Assembly (NCBI GenBank): GCA_963788195.1
Contig: CAWBGA010000005.1
Location: forward strand, 194,701 to 258,700
Reading direction: 5' to 3'
DNA length: 64,000 nucleotides
From: Nitrospirota bacterium
Lineage (GTDB): Bacteria; Nitrospirota; Nitrospiria; Nitrospirales; NS-4
Shown here in pieces: positions 62,010 through 64,000 of this stretch. The translations under genes were made by a program, and so were the position numbers. The notes beneath the pieces are model-generated. The model worked only from the letters and a program-made list of their open reading frames with translations. It was not told the DNA's origin and did not search any database. Each line of letters begins with the position of its first letter. Positions within the stretch are counted from its first letter, which is position 1.

Positions 62010-62175
62010 GATCGCCACTTCCTCCTAAAATAAGGGCATGAATCGACATTACAGCCATCATAGCCATTCTGGGATCATAACACAATCGTAAAGTATGTAA
62101 GTAGTGCTCGCTTTTAACCTTTTCGTTGGTGCTGGTGTCTCAGAGGTAGTGAGGGGCGAACCAGCGTGGGTCTAT

Positions 62176-62721
62176 ATGGAAGAGACCGATTATCAATTGC
62201 TGGATCGTTATGCCGCCGGCGAGGAGCCGGCGTTCGAGGAGTTGATCAAGCGCCACCAGCAGACAATTTATGACTTGGCTTACCGCATGTTAGAAAATCA
62301 TGCGGACGCCGCCGACCTTGCGCAGCGGACCTTCGTCCAGGCATTTTTGCATGTCGGCTCATTTAGACGGGAATCAAGCTTCCGGACATGGTTGTTTCAG
62401 ATCGGGCTTAATCTTTGCCGCAATGCAATTCGGGATCGTGCCAGAACGACGCATGAGAACGTGGAGGATCTTCCCCTCGTGGCGCCGACAGACATCTTTG
62501 ATGCGACAGCGAAGGCTCAAATGCGGGACCGGCTGGGTTCCGCGATTCGAAGACTGCCCGATCGCCAGCGCGAGGCATTGGTGCTCCGTGTCTATCACGA
62601 TCATGCCTTCGCGGAGATCGGCGCGATCATGTGCTGTTCTGAAGGCACGGCAAAGGCCAATTACCATCATGCCGTGAATAGACTGAGGCAGGTATTGATT
62701 GGGGGGGAGGGGACGCCGTGA
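62176..62721 (+). CDS. ECF RNA polymerase sigma factor
   Basis: AFEEL..RH, DA.DL.Q.TF, SFRTWLF.I..N, LP.RQRE...L, EI...GT.K. Confidence 0.92.
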   Translation: MEETDYQLLDRYAAGEEPAFEELIKRHQQTIYDLAYRMLENHADAADLAQRTFVQAFLHVGSFRRESSFRTWLFQIGLNLCRNAIRDRARTTHENVEDLPLVAPTDIFDATAKAQMRDRLGSAIRRLPDRQREALVLRVYHDHAFAEIGAIMCCSEGTAKANYHHAVNRLRQVLIGGEGTP

Positions 62722-63302
62722 GCTGCAACGATATTCAGAACATGACCGTGCCGTATTTAGAACTGGACATGGAACCCGAACGGGTCCGCGAGATCACTGC
62801 GCATTTGGACATCTGTCCAGCCTGTCGAACTGAAATGGAAGCGGTCCGCCAGGTATTGGTCAGGCTAAAACAGCGAGAGGTGCCGGACCCAGGCGAGCGC
62901 TTTTGGAAGGAATTTCCGAAATCGGTTCGAACGGGGCTGCTTCGTGAAAGGATGGATGCCGTGGCGATGCCACAAGATAGGCGCTCATCAGGCAGGCTCT
63001 GGGCCGGCCGGGCGCGGGCCTACCCATGGTCATGGGCATTGGCAGCCTCGGTCCTCATCCTGCTTTTTACGGGGATTTTTTTAGGAGATCCGTTCTCGTG
63101 GAGGCCAGGTAACGACCCCGTGCAAACCCGCCCTACGCTCACGGGCGAAGCAGTGACCGGCGGGCAGGGCTCAGACTTGGGAGACTTCGCGGAATCCGAT
63201 TGGGATAGTACCTGGGATGAGGATGATTCGGACATGGCCCTGGCTCGCATGGCCGCGCATCTCGATCCGAAAGCCCTCGATCGCTTGTTTACGGACATCT
63301 GA
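62718..63302 (+). CDS. Zinc-binding anti-sigma factor (zf-HC2) with one TM segment
   Basis: C....HL..C..C motif; WALAASVLILL; GTGA overlap with the sigma gene. Confidence 0.85.
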   Translation: MSCNDIQNMTVPYLELDMEPERVREITAHLDICPACRTEMEAVRQVLVRLKQREVPDPGERFWKEFPKSVRTGLLRERMDAVAMPQDRRSSGRLWAGRARAYPWSWALAASVLILLFTGIFLGDPFSWRPGNDPVQTRPTLTGEAVTGGQGSDLGDFAESDWDSTWDEDDSDMALARMAAHLDPKALDRLFTDI

Positions 63303-63318
63303 GACTAGAGGGAAGGCC

Positions 63319-63916
63319 ATGAAGCAAATACCATTTCAGGTCGTAGGGATCTTGATCGCGGCGTTGGCGACATCGACCCGCATGGGGTGAGACGCACCCC
63401 GAGCAGCGGCCTGAGCTGCCGGCGAGCGGCGAACAACAGGAAAGCACCCGTCATTTTGAAGCGAAGAAACGGGAACGACTGATCCAGATGCTGCAACTCG
63501 ACGAGGCCACCCGCGGGAAACTATTGCAGCGCTTAGAACAACTGGATCACAAAGGAGAAGACCTTCGCCGGCAGCGCCACGATGCTATCCTCGCGCTTCG
63601 CGAGCAGGCCAAAAGCCTGCGAAGCAAGCCGGACCGCAAGGGGCCTGACCCGGACAAGTCTGCCCCCGCAGTTGGCATAAACGAGGAGGCATTAAAGAGC
63701 GCGCTGGAGCGCATCTACGCGGTTGAAGATGCCTTGGTGGGTCTCCGCCGCGAGCGATGGCAGATTGCCCGAGATCTCCTTACCCCCGAGCAGCAGGTCA
63801 GGTTTCTCATGTACAGTGTCAAAATTCACAAGGAGATGCGTGAGCGCCTCGAGCGCGAGCACGGAGCTGAGACGGGCCGCCTGCAGCAACGCAGCCGGGA
63901 GCCAGAAAAGCCCTAA
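63319..63916 (+). CDS. Spy/CpxP-like periplasmic helical protein (frameshifted N-terminus)
   Basis: LLTPEQQ.RF motif; follows sigma/anti-sigma pair. Confidence 0.65.
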
Positions 63917-64000
63917 TAAGATAGGAAGAAAGACAGGAAGACCATCCTGAGACTGCGCCGGCAGATCATTGCTGATCTGCCGGCGTACCGAGCTTCTACT

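Noticed and set aside
1..64000. tRNA, rRNA, transposase, integrase or prophage genes
   Set aside because: None recognised in the ORF track or by eye

Overview
A 64 kb, GC-rich bacterial window whose gene content points to Nitrospirota (inference). About 20 otherwise intact genes, including uvrA, lolA and ubiE, are split by single-base frameshifts; this looks like long-read assembly error rather than gene decay. Layout: (1) 1-22 kb is mostly housekeeping (fur with an iron ABC binding protein, gpsA, larB/larC, Na/Ca and CDF transporters, pdxA-rsmA, asmA, phhB, ftsK-lolA, APC permease). (2) 22.9-34.9 kb is a minus-strand block with ubiE coupled to a B12-radical SAM gene, then a USP/PCP_red multidomain protein, a radical SAM/SPASM-PCP_red protein, a CopD-like protein and a heavy-metal RND efflux system. 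(3) 35-58 kb is accessory (BrnTA, DarT-like orphan, heme peroxidase, sodC, secreted unknowns) and is punctuated by short repeats. (4) 59-64 kb holds uvrA, a LuxR protein and an ECF sigma/anti-sigma/Spy-like module. The most notable unexplained signals are a ~345 nt highly structured putative ncRNA with its own promoter and terminator upstream of ftsK, a dispersed hairpin repeat with covarying stems, a fixed loop and a G-rich tail, a second REP-like GGG(A/T)CAG repeat family, and the USP/PCP_red/radical SAM operon. All family assignments come from motif recognition by eye; no searches or folding programs were run.
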